From a candidate division FCPU426 bacterium (GTDB lineage: Bacteria > Oederibacteriota > Muellerivitia > Muellerivitales > Muellerivitaceae), in assembly GCA_963719085.1 (NCBI GenBank), contig CAVRAL010000004.1:320001-384000 (forward strand): DNA of 64,000 nucleotides, written 5' to 3'. The notes under the pieces were generated by a model that made no database searches, was not told the DNA's origin, and was given only the letters and a program-made list of their open reading frames with translations. The position numbers and the translations under genes were made by a program. Below are positions 48,484-58,667 of this stretch, one piece after another. Every line of letters begins with the position of its first letter. Positions within the stretch are counted from its first letter, which is position 1.

Positions 48484-49911
48484 TTAAAAAAACGCGCCAA
48501 AGGAAATGCCGCCCTCAAAACCGCTCAAGTCCATCCCTAATGGACGGGAATTGGGCGCGGGCGTGGAACCATCCGGAAGCACGGTAATGGAATCCTGCCC
48601 GTTAATAGGATTTGGGGCCATTTCCAAAGTGCCATGGCCGTTGGGTTGGGGGCTGTTGATATAGGTGGCGTTTCCGGTGAATTGGGTGGGCGAGGCGAAA
48701 TTGTAGGCGAAAAAGGGCGTAATCACAAAAGTATCGTCCAAATGCAAATCCGCTCCCGCCTTAAAAAGCGCCCCCACACTGGTGCCCGAATAGGTCCCGG
48801 AAACCTTGGTGGCGTTCCCGGAAACCGTATCCGTTGAGTTGTAATCAATCGAGATGGGCTCCATAAAAGGCGCCACTAAAATAAAAGGCTCAAAGCCCCC
48901 GGTAAAAATCAAATACTTCAAACTGAAGCCGATCGATAGGGCGCTGATCAAGGAAGACTCCACGTGCGAATCGCTTCCGCTTTGGTTGGAGACGCTGTCG
49001 GAAGCCGCCCCCACGGGAAAAAAGGAAAAGGGAATCCCAATTTGAAGATTTTTGGTTAATTTCAACACCGGTTCCAGCCCCACGCGCAGGCCGCCTTCGG
49101 GCACCGAACCCGTAAAGCTGAAGGTCGGATCCGAAAGCTGTTCTTGTTGGGCCGCGTTTTGCCAGGTCTTCGCGTTGGTCTCAAAGTCGCTCAAATTTAC
49201 CAGGTCAAAAGCCGGCTCCAAATAACCGCCGAAGGGTTTGTCGATGGTGGTGCCCGAGACCGGAGCGCCCGGCGCCATGCCCGAGGCGCTCAATTGGGCG
49301 TCCACCCATAATTGGTCCGCCGGCTGCAGCCGGCCCCGAAGTTGATAAGCGTAATAAGCCACCGGCGGGTCAGGATGCAGATAATTATATTGGTCCAAGG
49401 CGACGGCCCCTTCCTTAAAATTTCCAATCTGAACCTGGGCCAACCCTAAATATTGGTAAGCGTCCGCGTCTTTGGGTTTGGCCTGGATGTCGTTTTGAAA
49501 ATAAGGAATCGAGGCGGCGTATTGCTTTTGGTTATAAAGCGCCACCCCTTGCTGAACCAGGGTGGGAGTGGCGGCCCGCGCCGCGCCGATGCGCGCTTGA
49601 AGCGATTGGACGAAAGAAGCTAATTGGGTGTTGGAAGGCTGGAGCGCCTGCAATTTACGGTAATCGGCCAAAGCCTCGGCATACTGGCCCAGGGCATAGT
49701 GGCAATTCCCGGAACCCATCAGGGCCGCGGGGTCCTGAGGATCCGATTGAAGGGCCAGCTCGTAATATTCCTGGGCCTGGTCATAAACGCGGGAGTGGTA
49801 AAGTTGAAGGCCCGCGTTGTCGTATTCGGTCGCGGCGGAACCATAAACCTTCGAGCTTAAAAACGCCGCTCCCGTGAAAAATAAAAAAAATAAATAAACC
49901 AACGGCTTCAT
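48484..49911 (-). CDS. Exported TPR protein with C-terminal outer-membrane beta-barrel-like domain
   Basis: Signal peptide, TPR repeats (G..LY....Y..A...Y..AL...P), C-terminal amphipathic strands ending in Phe. Confidence 0.75.
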   Translation of the reverse strand: MKPLVYLFFLFFTGAAFLSSKVYGSAATEYDNAGLQLYHSRVYDQAQEYYELALQSDPQDPAALMGSGNCHYALGQYAEALADYRKLQALQPSNTQLASFVQSLQARIGAARAATPTLVQQGVALYNQKQYAASIPYFQNDIQAKPKDADAYQYLGLAQVQIGNFKEGAVALDQYNYLHPDPPVAYYAYQLRGRLQPADQLWVDAQLSASGMAPGAPVSGTTIDKPFGGYLEPAFDLVNLSDFETNAKTWQNAAQQEQLSDPTFSFTGSVPEGGLRVGLEPVLKLTKNLQIGIPFSFFPVGAASDSVSNQSGSDSHVESSLISALSIGFSLKYLIFTGGFEPFILVAPFMEPISIDYNSTDTVSGNATKVSGTYSGTSVGALFKAGADLHLDDTFVITPFFAYNFASPTQFTGNATYINSPQPNGHGTLEMAPNPINGQDSITVLPDGSTPAPNSRPLGMDLSGFEGGISFGAFF

Positions 49912-49955
49912 AGTCGCGTCCCCTCTTCAAAGATAAGACGATTATATTCAAGTTT

Positions 49956-50777
49956 TTAACTTTGGGCGTTTTCCCGGCCCAAAATCGCTTTTTTGCGCGC
50001 GCTTCCCCAACGGTATTCCCCCAAAACCCCCGTCTCCCGGATGACCCGGTGGCAGGGAATCAGATAGCCGATCGGATTTTGCCCCACCGCGCTTCCCACG
50101 GCGCGGGAAGCCCCCGGATTTCCCACATAGCGGGCCAAGTCGCCGTAGGAAACGAGCGCTTTTTCAGGAACACGTAAAAGCGCCTCCCATACCTTGATCT
50201 GAAAAGAGGTGCCCGTTAAAAATAAACGAAGCTTTTGCTTTTTCCGGCCGAATAAAAGTTTTCCGGTTTTTTTCGCCAGGCCCGGGTTTGGCTTAAAAAC
50301 CGCGGCGGGCCAGCGTTTTTTCAATTCCGCCAGGGCCGGCTTCAAGCCCTTGGCGTCCAGGAATAAAAGTCCGCACAAGCCCCGCGGGGCCAAGGCCAGC
50401 ACGCACTCCCCAAACGGCGACTCACAGGTCCCAAATTCAATGGCCAGGCCCCGGCCCCGGTTTTTGTAATCGCCGGGCGTCATGGCCTCCACGGAGACCA
50501 ACAAATCGTGAAGGCGCCCGGGGGAGGTGAGCCCCGACTCAAAGGCGGCGTCCAAAACATTTTTGGATTCCAAAAGTTTTCGTTTGGCGTTTTGGGCGCT
50601 TAAATATTGGGAGAATTGTTTGGGGCTGACGCCCGCCCAACGGCGAAAGAGCCGTTGAAAATGAAAAGGGCTCAAACCCGCTTCCTTGGCCAAACGGTTT
50701 AAAGGGGGATTCTCCGCGTAGTGGTCGGCGAGATAACGGATGGCTTTTTCAATTCGGATGTAATCGGCTGGATTCAC
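49956..50777 (-). CDS. AraC-HTH / methylated-DNA-protein-cysteine methyltransferase (Ada-like)
   Basis: SPFHFQR.F..W.G.SP HTH; GT.FQ..VW, SYG.LA, RAVG.A, IPCHRV active site. Confidence 0.93.
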   Translation of the reverse strand: MNPADYIRIEKAIRYLADHYAENPPLNRLAKEAGLSPFHFQRLFRRWAGVSPKQFSQYLSAQNAKRKLLESKNVLDAAFESGLTSPGRLHDLLVSVEAMTPGDYKNRGRGLAIEFGTCESPFGECVLALAPRGLCGLLFLDAKGLKPALAELKKRWPAAVFKPNPGLAKKTGKLLFGRKKQKLRLFLTGTSFQIKVWEALLRVPEKALVSYGDLARYVGNPGASRAVGSAVGQNPIGYLIPCHRVIRETGVLGEYRWGSARKKAILGRENAQS

Positions 50778-50868
50778 GATAGAGCCTCCGTTGGTTTCAA
50801 GAGGCTACTTTAGGCTTGGGCGCGCTTCGCTTCCACCCGGTTCTTGCGGCGAACAACCCCGAAGGGGG

Positions 50869-51129
50869 TTAGGGCCGCTCCACTTCCTCGACCCAAACAT
50901 AAAGCCCGCGGTCTTTTTTGGAAACCGATTTCAACGGAGGGATGCCAACCACCTTGGCCTTTATTTCCTTTTGAGGGAAAAACAGGAGCAATTCCTCGCC
51001 GCCCGAAAGTTCCAACGAGGGTTTGACGGGCTGTCCTTGGAAAAGGACCCGGTGGGCCTCACAAAGCCTTTTGGCCGTCATGCGGGTTTTGGTGAATCCC
51101 ATCAGTTTCAGGAATAAATCAATCCGCAT
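50869..51129 (-). CDS. S4-domain RNA-binding protein (Hsp15/RqcP-like)
   Basis: MRID.FLK....KTR..AK..C....V...G...KPS. Confidence 0.85.
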   Translation of the reverse strand: MRIDLFLKLMGFTKTRMTAKRLCEAHRVLFQGQPVKPSLELSGGEELLLFFPQKEIKAKVVGIPPLKSVSKKDRGLYVWVEEVERP

Positions 51130-51144
51130 GACGGCCCGCAGGGC

Positions 51145-52941
51145 TTATTTATCCATATAAAAGCGGAGTCCGGCGATGGTTTTCAACCCTGAAAAGTCCA
51201 CCTGGTATCCCGGCAAGCTGTAGCCCGCCAGGCCGCCCTTGACCGTTGGATTGATCAACAAACGGCGGTAACCCACGCCCAAATCCAAGGTCCAGGTTTT
51301 CTCGTCGTCCAGGAATATTTCCAAGTCCGCCCCCAATTGGCCGCCCAAATTGGAACCGTCCAAATAAAGGGTTCCCGAATGGGCCCCGCTGAAGACCACC
51401 GAATTGCCGAACAAGAAGTAATAACCGCCCTGGGCGTAAAGATCCAGGTTCAGGCCGTTCACCAAAGGCAAGAGGAACCGCGGTCCGGCGATCAAGCCCA
51501 AAGCGTTTTCCTGCCAAGTACCTTTGGTCGAGGTGGAGTCGGTGACGTTCTCGTCAAACTTATCCATGACTTGAAACAAAGCGCCCAACTGAAGTTGGGA
51601 ATCCACGGTAAATTCCACCCCCAAGTCGCCTTCCAGTCCCATGGGCAATCCCTGGCCCACGTTGGTGCCCGGGGTATAATTTTGCGCCAAGTCGCCCGTA
51701 CCGGCGAACCAAGGCGAGAGACTTAAATCCAGAGTCACATTGCCTTCGTCGGGCAAGGGGGAATAAATCGGAACCTTCTCAACCGACACCGAATCGCTGG
51801 ACACCGCGGAAACCGCCGAAAGGCCCGAGGACGAGTCCGTGACCGGGCCCGCGGAGACCGCCGGGGTTGTGGTATTCGCCGAAGCGTCCACCGGTTGGGC
51901 GGCCAGCGCGGGCGCCGCCGCGTTCAAGGAATCGTAGGGCAAGGCCGTGTCCGAACCGGCGGTGAGGTCTTTGCTGTATTGGACATAAACTTTTTTCTTC
52001 AGCGATTCCACCCAGTCCTTCAAGGCCTGGTCTTGGTTGGTCTTGCGCAATTGGTCCTTGATTTCGGACGCCACCGAGGCGAAGTCCGATTGTCCGCGCG
52101 AGAGCACCTTGACGATATAAATGCCGTCGGCGCCCGAAATCAGGGAAAGCCCCCCCACGGGGGTGGCGAAAACGCCCTTGGCCAACTGCGGTTCCAGCTC
52201 GGACTTGGACACTGTGCCGATATCCCCGCCCTTATCGGAGGAACCCTGGTCCTCGGAATATTTTTTCGCGGCTTGGGCGAAATCAGCCCCGGCCTTCAGT
52301 TGGTCCAAAACCTGCTGGGCCTGTGTCCTGACTTCCTTCACCACATCGGGTTTGGCCCCGGGCGAAACGCGGAACAAGATGATGCAAAAATGCGCCTGAT
52401 CAAAATCTTCCGTGTGCTGGGTGTAATACTGCTGGGCCTGGTCATCCGACACCACCAAGCTGTCGGGAAGATCGGATTGTTTTTGACGCAGCATATGCTG
52501 GGCCTTCAACCGCCGGGCCAACTGGCTGCGGAGGTCTTGTTTCAAATCGTCCAAACTCAACCCCTGCGCGTCCAAGGCCTTGTCGAACTCCACCTCAGTG
52601 GCGTAACCCTTTTTCATCTCGTCGATTTGCTCGTCCACCGAGTGGTCGATCTCGGCGTCCGGAACCTCAATTTTTTCGTTGTCGGCCTCGGTGGCCAGCG
52701 CGACCTCCTCGATAAAACCGTTCAACACGTCCTGCCGGGCCTTGGCGTACTCGGGGCTCTTGGCAGCGGGCGTCTTTTGTCCCTGGCTTTGAAAATAGGC
52801 CTGGATGGACTCTTCCAACTCGCCCTGGGTCATGGTTTCCTGGTTCGCCACCACGGCGATTCCGTCAATCAACTTGGCCCAAAGGGGCGCGGCCAGAAAC
52901 GAGACCGCCAGCGTGAAGATCAAAGCTTTCTTATTTATCAT
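51145..52941 (-). CDS. SurA-like parvulin PPIase fused to a C-terminal beta-barrel-like domain
   Basis: Signal peptide, DGIAVVAN SurA N-terminus, DFAQAAKKYSED..S...GGDIG parvulin, Ala/Ser/Pro linker, then amphipathic beta strands. Confidence 0.85.
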   Translation of the reverse strand: MINKKALIFTLAVSFLAAPLWAKLIDGIAVVANQETMTQGELEESIQAYFQSQGQKTPAAKSPEYAKARQDVLNGFIEEVALATEADNEKIEVPDAEIDHSVDEQIDEMKKGYATEVEFDKALDAQGLSLDDLKQDLRSQLARRLKAQHMLRQKQSDLPDSLVVSDDQAQQYYTQHTEDFDQAHFCIILFRVSPGAKPDVVKEVRTQAQQVLDQLKAGADFAQAAKKYSEDQGSSDKGGDIGTVSKSELEPQLAKGVFATPVGGLSLISGADGIYIVKVLSRGQSDFASVASEIKDQLRKTNQDQALKDWVESLKKKVYVQYSKDLTAGSDTALPYDSLNAAAPALAAQPVDASANTTTPAVSAGPVTDSSSGLSAVSAVSSDSVSVEKVPIYSPLPDEGNVTLDLSLSPWFAGTGDLAQNYTPGTNVGQGLPMGLEGDLGVEFTVDSQLQLGALFQVMDKFDENVTDSTSTKGTWQENALGLIAGPRFLLPLVNGLNLDLYAQGGYYFLFGNSVVFSGAHSGTLYLDGSNLGGQLGADLEIFLDDEKTWTLDLGVGYRRLLINPTVKGGLAGYSLPGYQVDFSGLKTIAGLRFYMDK

Positions 52942-53920
52942 TCGAATCCTCCAAGGTAACTCCTAAAACGGGGGCCAAATCCGGGTTAATCCGGATCACG
53001 GACCTGCGCTTGAGATCCAACATCCATTGGTCGAACCGCAAGTCCTGCTCTTCTTTTAAAAGTGAGTCGTGAATCGTCAAACGGACTTGGGCGAAATCCT
53101 GCATTTTCCGGGGCTCAAACCCGACCAATTGGAAAAGATGATAGCCAAAATGGTCGTGAAAAGGTTTGGAAATCTGTCCCGGCTTCAGACCCCGCAGTAT
53201 CTTTAAATAAGGATCAGGCACGTACTCCACCGGCATCTCGCCCCAATCCCCGCCCTGGGATTTGTCATCCGCCAAGGACAAGTCCGACGCGACTTTGGAA
53301 AAATCCTCCCCGGCCTTCAGGCTTTTTAAAGCCTTATCCAAGTCCCCGTGTTTTTGAACGATCAAGTGAAGCGCCCGCACGGACTCGGGTTTCCAATAGT
53401 CCCCCAGGTGGGACCAATAGTAGTCCTCCACTTCCTGGGGCGTAATCTCCACCAACGCGTTGACATCCTTGTCGACTAGTTTGGCCGCCAGCCTTTCCTG
53501 AAGCAGTTTCCGCTTCCAAGCTTCCTGGCTCACGCCCTGAACCTTGAGGATGTCCAAAAAGTCATCGGGCATTTGGTCAAACGCGGCCTGCACGTCCTGA
53601 TTCCACTCTTTTTGAGTCAGCTTCAACCCTTCCTTTTGGGCCTCCTGCACCAGAAGCCTTCGGTCCACCACTTGATCAAACAAACGCCGTTTGATGGCCC
53701 GCATCTGGCCCTCGGAAACCGCGCTGTAGTGGATGGCCATCAGCCGAAATTCGGTGTCGAACTCCGCCAGCGGCACAGGTTCCCCGTTAATTAAAACGGC
53801 GACCTTGTCCGGCGGCACCTTGGGACTTTTAAAATCGACGGTGGATTCGCAGGCGCAAAGACCCAAGCACAATCCCAGCGCTAAAAAAGAAAAACCGGAA
53901 CCCGGTTTGAGAAAGGACAC
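52931..53920 (-). CDS. SurA/PrsA-like peptidylprolyl isomerase lipoprotein
   Basis: Lipobox LCAC, VLING, DFSKVA..LS....GGDWG, FGYHLF. Confidence 0.88.
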   Translation of the reverse strand: MSFLKPGSGFSFLALGLCLGLCACESTVDFKSPKVPPDKVAVLINGEPVPLAEFDTEFRLMAIHYSAVSEGQMRAIKRRLFDQVVDRRLLVQEAQKEGLKLTQKEWNQDVQAAFDQMPDDFLDILKVQGVSQEAWKRKLLQERLAAKLVDKDVNALVEITPQEVEDYYWSHLGDYWKPESVRALHLIVQKHGDLDKALKSLKAGEDFSKVASDLSLADDKSQGGDWGEMPVEYVPDPYLKILRGLKPGQISKPFHDHFGYHLFQLVGFEPRKMQDFAQVRLTIHDSLLKEEQDLRFDQWMLDLKRRSVIRINPDLAPVLGVTLEDSNDK

Positions 53921-53938
53921 CGGTTCCGGCCTGACGGC

Positions 53939-54682
53939 TTACTTGGAGCTGGCGGCGGCCGGCGGAGCCGAGGCCGAAGGCGCCAAAGCCTGCTGGCTGG
54001 GCGAAAGGGTGGCCAGGTACTTCTGGATCACGGCGTCCTTCGGTACCACCGGCATATTGCCTTGGAACTGGGCCAAAAGCTTGTCCGCTTGCAGGCGCAG
54101 CTTAATCTGTTGCTTCACCTTTTCGTAAGGCGGCACTTGCTGGCCGGCCTTTTTGGCTTGCATGGCGTAAAGTCCATAGCTGTCTCTTATATCCTTTTCG
54201 CTCACGACCACGCTGTCCACCAGGCCGGCGGCGAAATGCTGGGACAACAGCATCTTGGTATAGGCGTCCTTGTAGTTTTTCTCCAACCGGTTGACGGTGG
54301 CCTGGTCTTTTTTCAACTTGTCCTTGATCTGCCGGAGTTGAAGGTCGGCTTGGACCAATTGGGTTTGCATGGCTTCGTCAAACTTGGGATCGCTGTAATT
54401 GGCTTTGCGAAGGGCGCTCAGGACCACGTCCTGGTCTTCCAGGCTTTGAAGCACCTCACGGGCCGTATCGGCGTTGTCCGGATCAATGGGTTGGGGGGAA
54501 AAGACCCGCAGCAAGTCCATTTGAAGCATCCAATCGGAAAAGGTGATATTGGTGTCGCCCACGGTGGCCACCACGTCATGGCCGGAAATTCCGGGGACTC
54601 CGGTTTTATCGCAAGCAACCCCGGCCAAGGCTAAAAAACCGGCGGCGAGGATGAAAAAAAACGCTTTCATTGGAGAAGACAT
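53939..54682 (-). CDS. Lipoprotein with SurA-N-like chaperone core and no parvulin domain
   Basis: ATG 54682 after GGGAG; lipobox GVAC; VVATVG...IT, VSEKDIR..Y, PYEKVK.QIK. Confidence 0.7.
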   Translation of the reverse strand: MSSPMKAFFFILAAGFLALAGVACDKTGVPGISGHDVVATVGDTNITFSDWMLQMDLLRVFSPQPIDPDNADTAREVLQSLEDQDVVLSALRKANYSDPKFDEAMQTQLVQADLQLRQIKDKLKKDQATVNRLEKNYKDAYTKMLLSQHFAAGLVDSVVVSEKDIRDSYGLYAMQAKKAGQQVPPYEKVKQQIKLRLQADKLLAQFQGNMPVVPKDAVIQKYLATLSPSQQALAPSASAPPAAASSK

Positions 54683-55022
54683 AAAACTCCCTTTCTTAAA
54701 CGGCTTAATTTCGGTCGGCGAAGAGGCGGTATCGTAACATGGGCCCCGGGGGGCCGCAAGGGCGACTTCCCCAACCGCCGGAAACACCCGCCGAATCAAC
54801 AGTAAACCTGAACCAATCCCGCGCGCAAAGACCCCGCCGGCCTGATGACCCAGGCCAAACGGACGGGACCTATCGCCCTCAATGCATTATTTTTAATTGA
54901 AGGGCGGTGCGCCAAGACGCAAAGGAAGGAAAATGCCTTTGATTTAAACAGAATATTTGCTTTTAGTTTTCTTAGCGTCTCAAGCCACATTCAAAAACTA
55001 ATCAATGGCTGGTTGTTTTGGT

Positions 55023-58000
55023 TCAGTTTACGGCTAAATCCTTAAGCAGTTTTTGGACGGACGCCAGGCGGCCTTCGGGGCCCTCCTCGCCTTTGGAAAC
55101 CCGGAAAGAAATGGAGCGCGCGTCGTTGGGCGAAAACCGGATCCGGGTGGGCGGCCATTGTTTCATCCATTTCTCAATCCGTGAAACGGCCGGCGCTAAA
55201 TCCGGATGCCATTGAAGAAACACCCAGCCCCCTTGGGCTTCCAACCGCTGAATCCCCAACGCCTTCACTTCGGGCCGCAGGGCGGCGATGCGCATCAAGG
55301 TTTTCGCTTCCTCGGGCGGTTCGCCGAAGCGGTCTTTTAATTCATTCGTGATTTCACGCAGTCCCGCCTCATCCTGGGTTTCCACCAGCCTTCGGTAAAA
55401 CTCGATCTTCACCGCTTCCTCAGGGATGTAGTCCTTCGGCAGGTAGGCGCTTAGGCCCAGGGAAAGCACCGGCGTGAAATCCAGCGGTGTTTCCTCACCC
55501 TTCATCTGGGCCAGTTCCTGGGACAACATGCGGCTGTAAAGATCAAACCCGATCGAGTCCAAGGTCCCATGCTGCTGGGTACCTAAAACATTTCCCGCCC
55601 CGCGGATTTCCATATCCTTCATGGCGATGTGCATGCCGGACCCCAACGACGAGAATTCTTGGAGCACTTCCAAGCGTTTTTGCGCCAACTCACGCAGGGT
55701 CAAGTGCCGGGGATAGAAAAAGTAAGCGTAGGCTTGGCGGTTCATGCGGCCCACCCGGCCCTTGAGCTGGTGCAGTTGGGACAGGCCGAAAAGATCGGTA
55801 CGCTCCACGATCAGCGTGTTCACATTGGGCATGTCCAGCCCCGACTCGATGATCGAGGTACAGACCAGCACATGATATTCCTTGTCCACAAAATCCATCA
55901 TGATCGATTCCAGCTCGTGCTCGGAAAGCTGTCCATGGGCCACGGCCAGCTTGGCCTCGGGCACCAGCTTATGCAGCTGGTCGGCGATGCGTTCGATGTC
56001 GCGCACGTGGTTGTGGACGTAAAAGACCTGGCCTTCCCGGTTCATTTCCCGCCGGATCGCCTCCGCTACCAGCTTGTCATCCATGGGCCCGACCTGGGTG
56101 GAAACCGACAGGCGGTTTTGCGGCGGCGTGTCGATGATGGAAATTTCCCGGATGCCCGACAGCGACATATGAAGCGTTCGGGGGATCGGGGTGGCCGTCA
56201 GCGTGAGCACGTCGACATCCGTCTTGAGCGACTTGAGCTTTTCTTTTTGCGACACGCCGAAACGGTGCTCCTCGTCGATGATCAAAAGCCCCAGCCGGGC
56301 GAACTTAATGTCTTTGCCTAAAAGCCGGTGGGTTCCAATGACGATGTCCGCCCGGCCTTCCCGGACGTCCTCCATGGTTTTTTTAACCTCGGAGGCGCTT
56401 CGAAAGCGCGACAGCATTTGAATATTGATGGGATACTCGGCCATGCGTTCTTTAAACGTGTTGAAATGCTGCTGGGCCAAAATGGTGGTGGGCACCAAAA
56501 CCGCGACTTGTTTTTTGTCCTGCACCGCCTTGAAGGCCGCCCGCATGGCCACTTCGGTTTTTCCGTAACCCACGTCCCCGCAAACCAACCGGTCCATGGG
56601 CCGGTCGCTTTCCATGTCTTTTTTCACGTCCTTGACCGCGTGGTACTGCCCGGGGGTCAGCTCATAGAGGAAGGCGTCCTCAAACTCGTTTTGCCAGGGC
56701 GTATCCGGCGGCAGGGGTTTCTTTTTGATCATCTGCCGGGTGGAATAAAGCGCCATCAGTTCCCGCGCGATGGCCTCGATCTCGCGGCGCACCTTGGCCT
56801 TGGTCCGGCCCCATTGCTCATTGCCGAGCTTGGAAAGGACCGGCGACCCTTCGGCGCCGATATAGCGCTGAACCAGGGCGATCTGGTCCGTGGGCAGGTA
56901 AATCTTCTCGGAATCGGCGAATTCCAGCTGGATGTATTCCCGGGTCACCCCGTCAATCGTCAAGGGCGTCAAGCCCCGGTAAAGGCAGATGCCGCAATCC
57001 ACGTGGACGGCCCAATCCCCCAGGGCCAATTCGGAAAGCGACGACAAGGGTTTTCCGCCCGCGATCGCCCTTTGGCGCCGGTGGCGGCCGCCCCGGTAAC
57101 GCCGGAACAAATCGTGGTCAGGAATCACCACGCGTTTGATCTCATCCAGAATGAAGCTTTGCTCGATCTCGCCCAAGAGCATGGAGATCTGCGCGTTGCC
57201 CTTCGGGCTCAATTCGGCTTCTTGCAAGAGCTCGGTCAATCTTCCCTGCTCGCCTTTGTTGTGGCACCACAGCGTAACGTGAACGCCCTCCGCCAGCCAT
57301 TTTTTGAGGTCGGCGGTGAAGGTGGCGAACTTGCCGTAATAAGGCGGCAGGCTTCTCCCCGGCACCCGGACTAAATTTTTAGGCGTTTCACCGAATAAAA
57401 GCTGGTCCAACTGGCCTAGGGCCGCCGCGCGGCCCGAGGCCAACACTTTCTTCCAGTTTTTCAAATCCCCGAACATCTCTTCCACCGGATAAAGGTCCGA
57501 CCCTTCTTCCTCGGCTTGGCGGGCGCAAGCGTCGAGCAGGCCTTGAAGTTCCTCAGCCTTGCGCTCGATCGCGACGGGTTCCACCAAAATCAAGCGGCAA
57601 TCCTCGGGAAGATAATCAAAAAGGCTCGCCCGCTCGTCGAAGGCGCCCAAGGCGTGCCAGGGCCAGCTGGGAAAGCGTCCGGTTTGAGCGAAAAGATCCA
57701 GCGCGGTTTGGGCCCAACGGGATTCTTCCCGCGCTTTTTCTTTGAGCGCCCTTTCCAGTTTTTTGCGGACCACGGGTTCCAGCACCAATTCATGCGCCGG
57801 AAAAACCCAGACGTCATTCAGCTCGCCGCTGGAGCGCTGGCTTAAAAGGTTCAGCGGCCGCACCGAGGTGATCGTGTCGCCGAAAAGTTCCAGCCGCACC
57901 GGGCCCGAGGGCGATCCCGGCGAGGCCAAATCCAAAATCCCGCCCCGCATGGCGAATTGTCCCGAGGAAACCACCTGGCTCACGGCCTCATAGCCGAGGG

Positions 58001-58511
58001 CGACAAGTTTTTCCTTGAAGTCCGGCGGAATGTCGCCGTCTTTTTTCAAGATGATGATTTTGTCCATCCACTGCTCGGGCGGGAGCGTGTTTTGCAGCGC
58101 GCCCAAAAGCGGGGCGATGACGATTCCCGGCGAGTTTTGCTGGAGTTGATAAAAAGCTTTTTGACGCTCGCCGATCAGCTCCGCGTCCGGCTCCTCCACG
58201 TCCCGGGGCAACACTTCCCAGGCCGGGCACAAGGCGAGTGAAACGCCGGGCATCCAACTGGCCAGATCGTCCCGAAGGATGTCCGCCTCTTCCCGGGTAG
58301 CGGTTAAAAGCACCCAGGGCTTTTTTTCCGAAAGTTTTTCATAGGCCCAAGCCAGAAAAAAGGATTTCGCCGATCCCGGCAGCCCCTGTAAAAGGGTCAG
58401 CGGTTTTCCTTTTTTCAACGCGTCCAGCGCCGGCTGAGCGTCCAGCCAGTCGAGTTTTTCAAAGGCAAGCGTTCCCGGCATAGAAAGCCGGGCCGCGGAT
58501 TCAGAAACCAT
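55023..58511 (-). CDS. mfd: Transcription-repair coupling factor
   Basis: RGGILD, VH...GI, CGDVGYGKTE, DEEHRFGV, TATPIPRTL, GRVGR, TRCF C-terminus. Confidence 0.99.
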   Translation of the reverse strand: MVSESAARLSMPGTLAFEKLDWLDAQPALDALKKGKPLTLLQGLPGSAKSFFLAWAYEKLSEKKPWVLLTATREEADILRDDLASWMPGVSLALCPAWEVLPRDVEEPDAELIGERQKAFYQLQQNSPGIVIAPLLGALQNTLPPEQWMDKIIILKKDGDIPPDFKEKLVALGYEAVSQVVSSGQFAMRGGILDLASPGSPSGPVRLELFGDTITSVRPLNLLSQRSSGELNDVWVFPAHELVLEPVVRKKLERALKEKAREESRWAQTALDLFAQTGRFPSWPWHALGAFDERASLFDYLPEDCRLILVEPVAIERKAEELQGLLDACARQAEEEGSDLYPVEEMFGDLKNWKKVLASGRAAALGQLDQLLFGETPKNLVRVPGRSLPPYYGKFATFTADLKKWLAEGVHVTLWCHNKGEQGRLTELLQEAELSPKGNAQISMLLGEIEQSFILDEIKRVVIPDHDLFRRYRGGRHRRQRAIAGGKPLSSLSELALGDWAVHVDCGICLYRGLTPLTIDGVTREYIQLEFADSEKIYLPTDQIALVQRYIGAEGSPVLSKLGNEQWGRTKAKVRREIEAIARELMALYSTRQMIKKKPLPPDTPWQNEFEDAFLYELTPGQYHAVKDVKKDMESDRPMDRLVCGDVGYGKTEVAMRAAFKAVQDKKQVAVLVPTTILAQQHFNTFKERMAEYPINIQMLSRFRSASEVKKTMEDVREGRADIVIGTHRLLGKDIKFARLGLLIIDEEHRFGVSQKEKLKSLKTDVDVLTLTATPIPRTLHMSLSGIREISIIDTPPQNRLSVSTQVGPMDDKLVAEAIRREMNREGQVFYVHNHVRDIERIADQLHKLVPEAKLAVAHGQLSEHELESIMMDFVDKEYHVLVCTSIIESGLDMPNVNTLIVERTDLFGLSQLHQLKGRVGRMNRQAYAYFFYPRHLTLRELAQKRLEVLQEFSSLGSGMHIAMKDMEIRGAGNVLGTQQHGTLDSIGFDLYSRMLSQELAQMKGEETPLDFTPVLSLGLSAYLPKDYIPEEAVKIEFYRRLVETQDEAGLREITNELKDRFGEPPEEAKTLMRIAALRPEVKALGIQRLEAQGGWVFLQWHPDLAPAVSRIEKWMKQWPPTRIRFSPNDARSISFRVSKGEEGPEGRLASVQKLLKDLAVN

Positions 58512-58607
58512 GACAGGAGTCCTTTTTTATTTTTAGGCCCAACGCCAACAAGGGTTTTTCATCCGGCGAAGGACAAAAAACCCTGAGGATTCGTTCAATT
58601 GCGGAAA

Positions 58608-58636
58608 ATAATGACCGGGGCCAAAATAAAAGTCAA
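58608..58636 (-). promoter_or_regulatory. Putative sigma70 promoter of mfd (TTGACT-N17-CATTAT)
   Basis: 17-bp spacing, downstream of the terminator at 58668-58699. Confidence 0.5.
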
Positions 58637-58667
58637 TAAAACCTTCCCGGAAATCGGGCGCTGAAAC

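Noticed and set aside
49956..50777. Ada lacking the N-terminal Zn methylphosphotriester domain as a pseudogene or novelty
   Set aside because: The ORF is intact with an RBS, and the AraC-HTH plus methyltransferase architecture is common.
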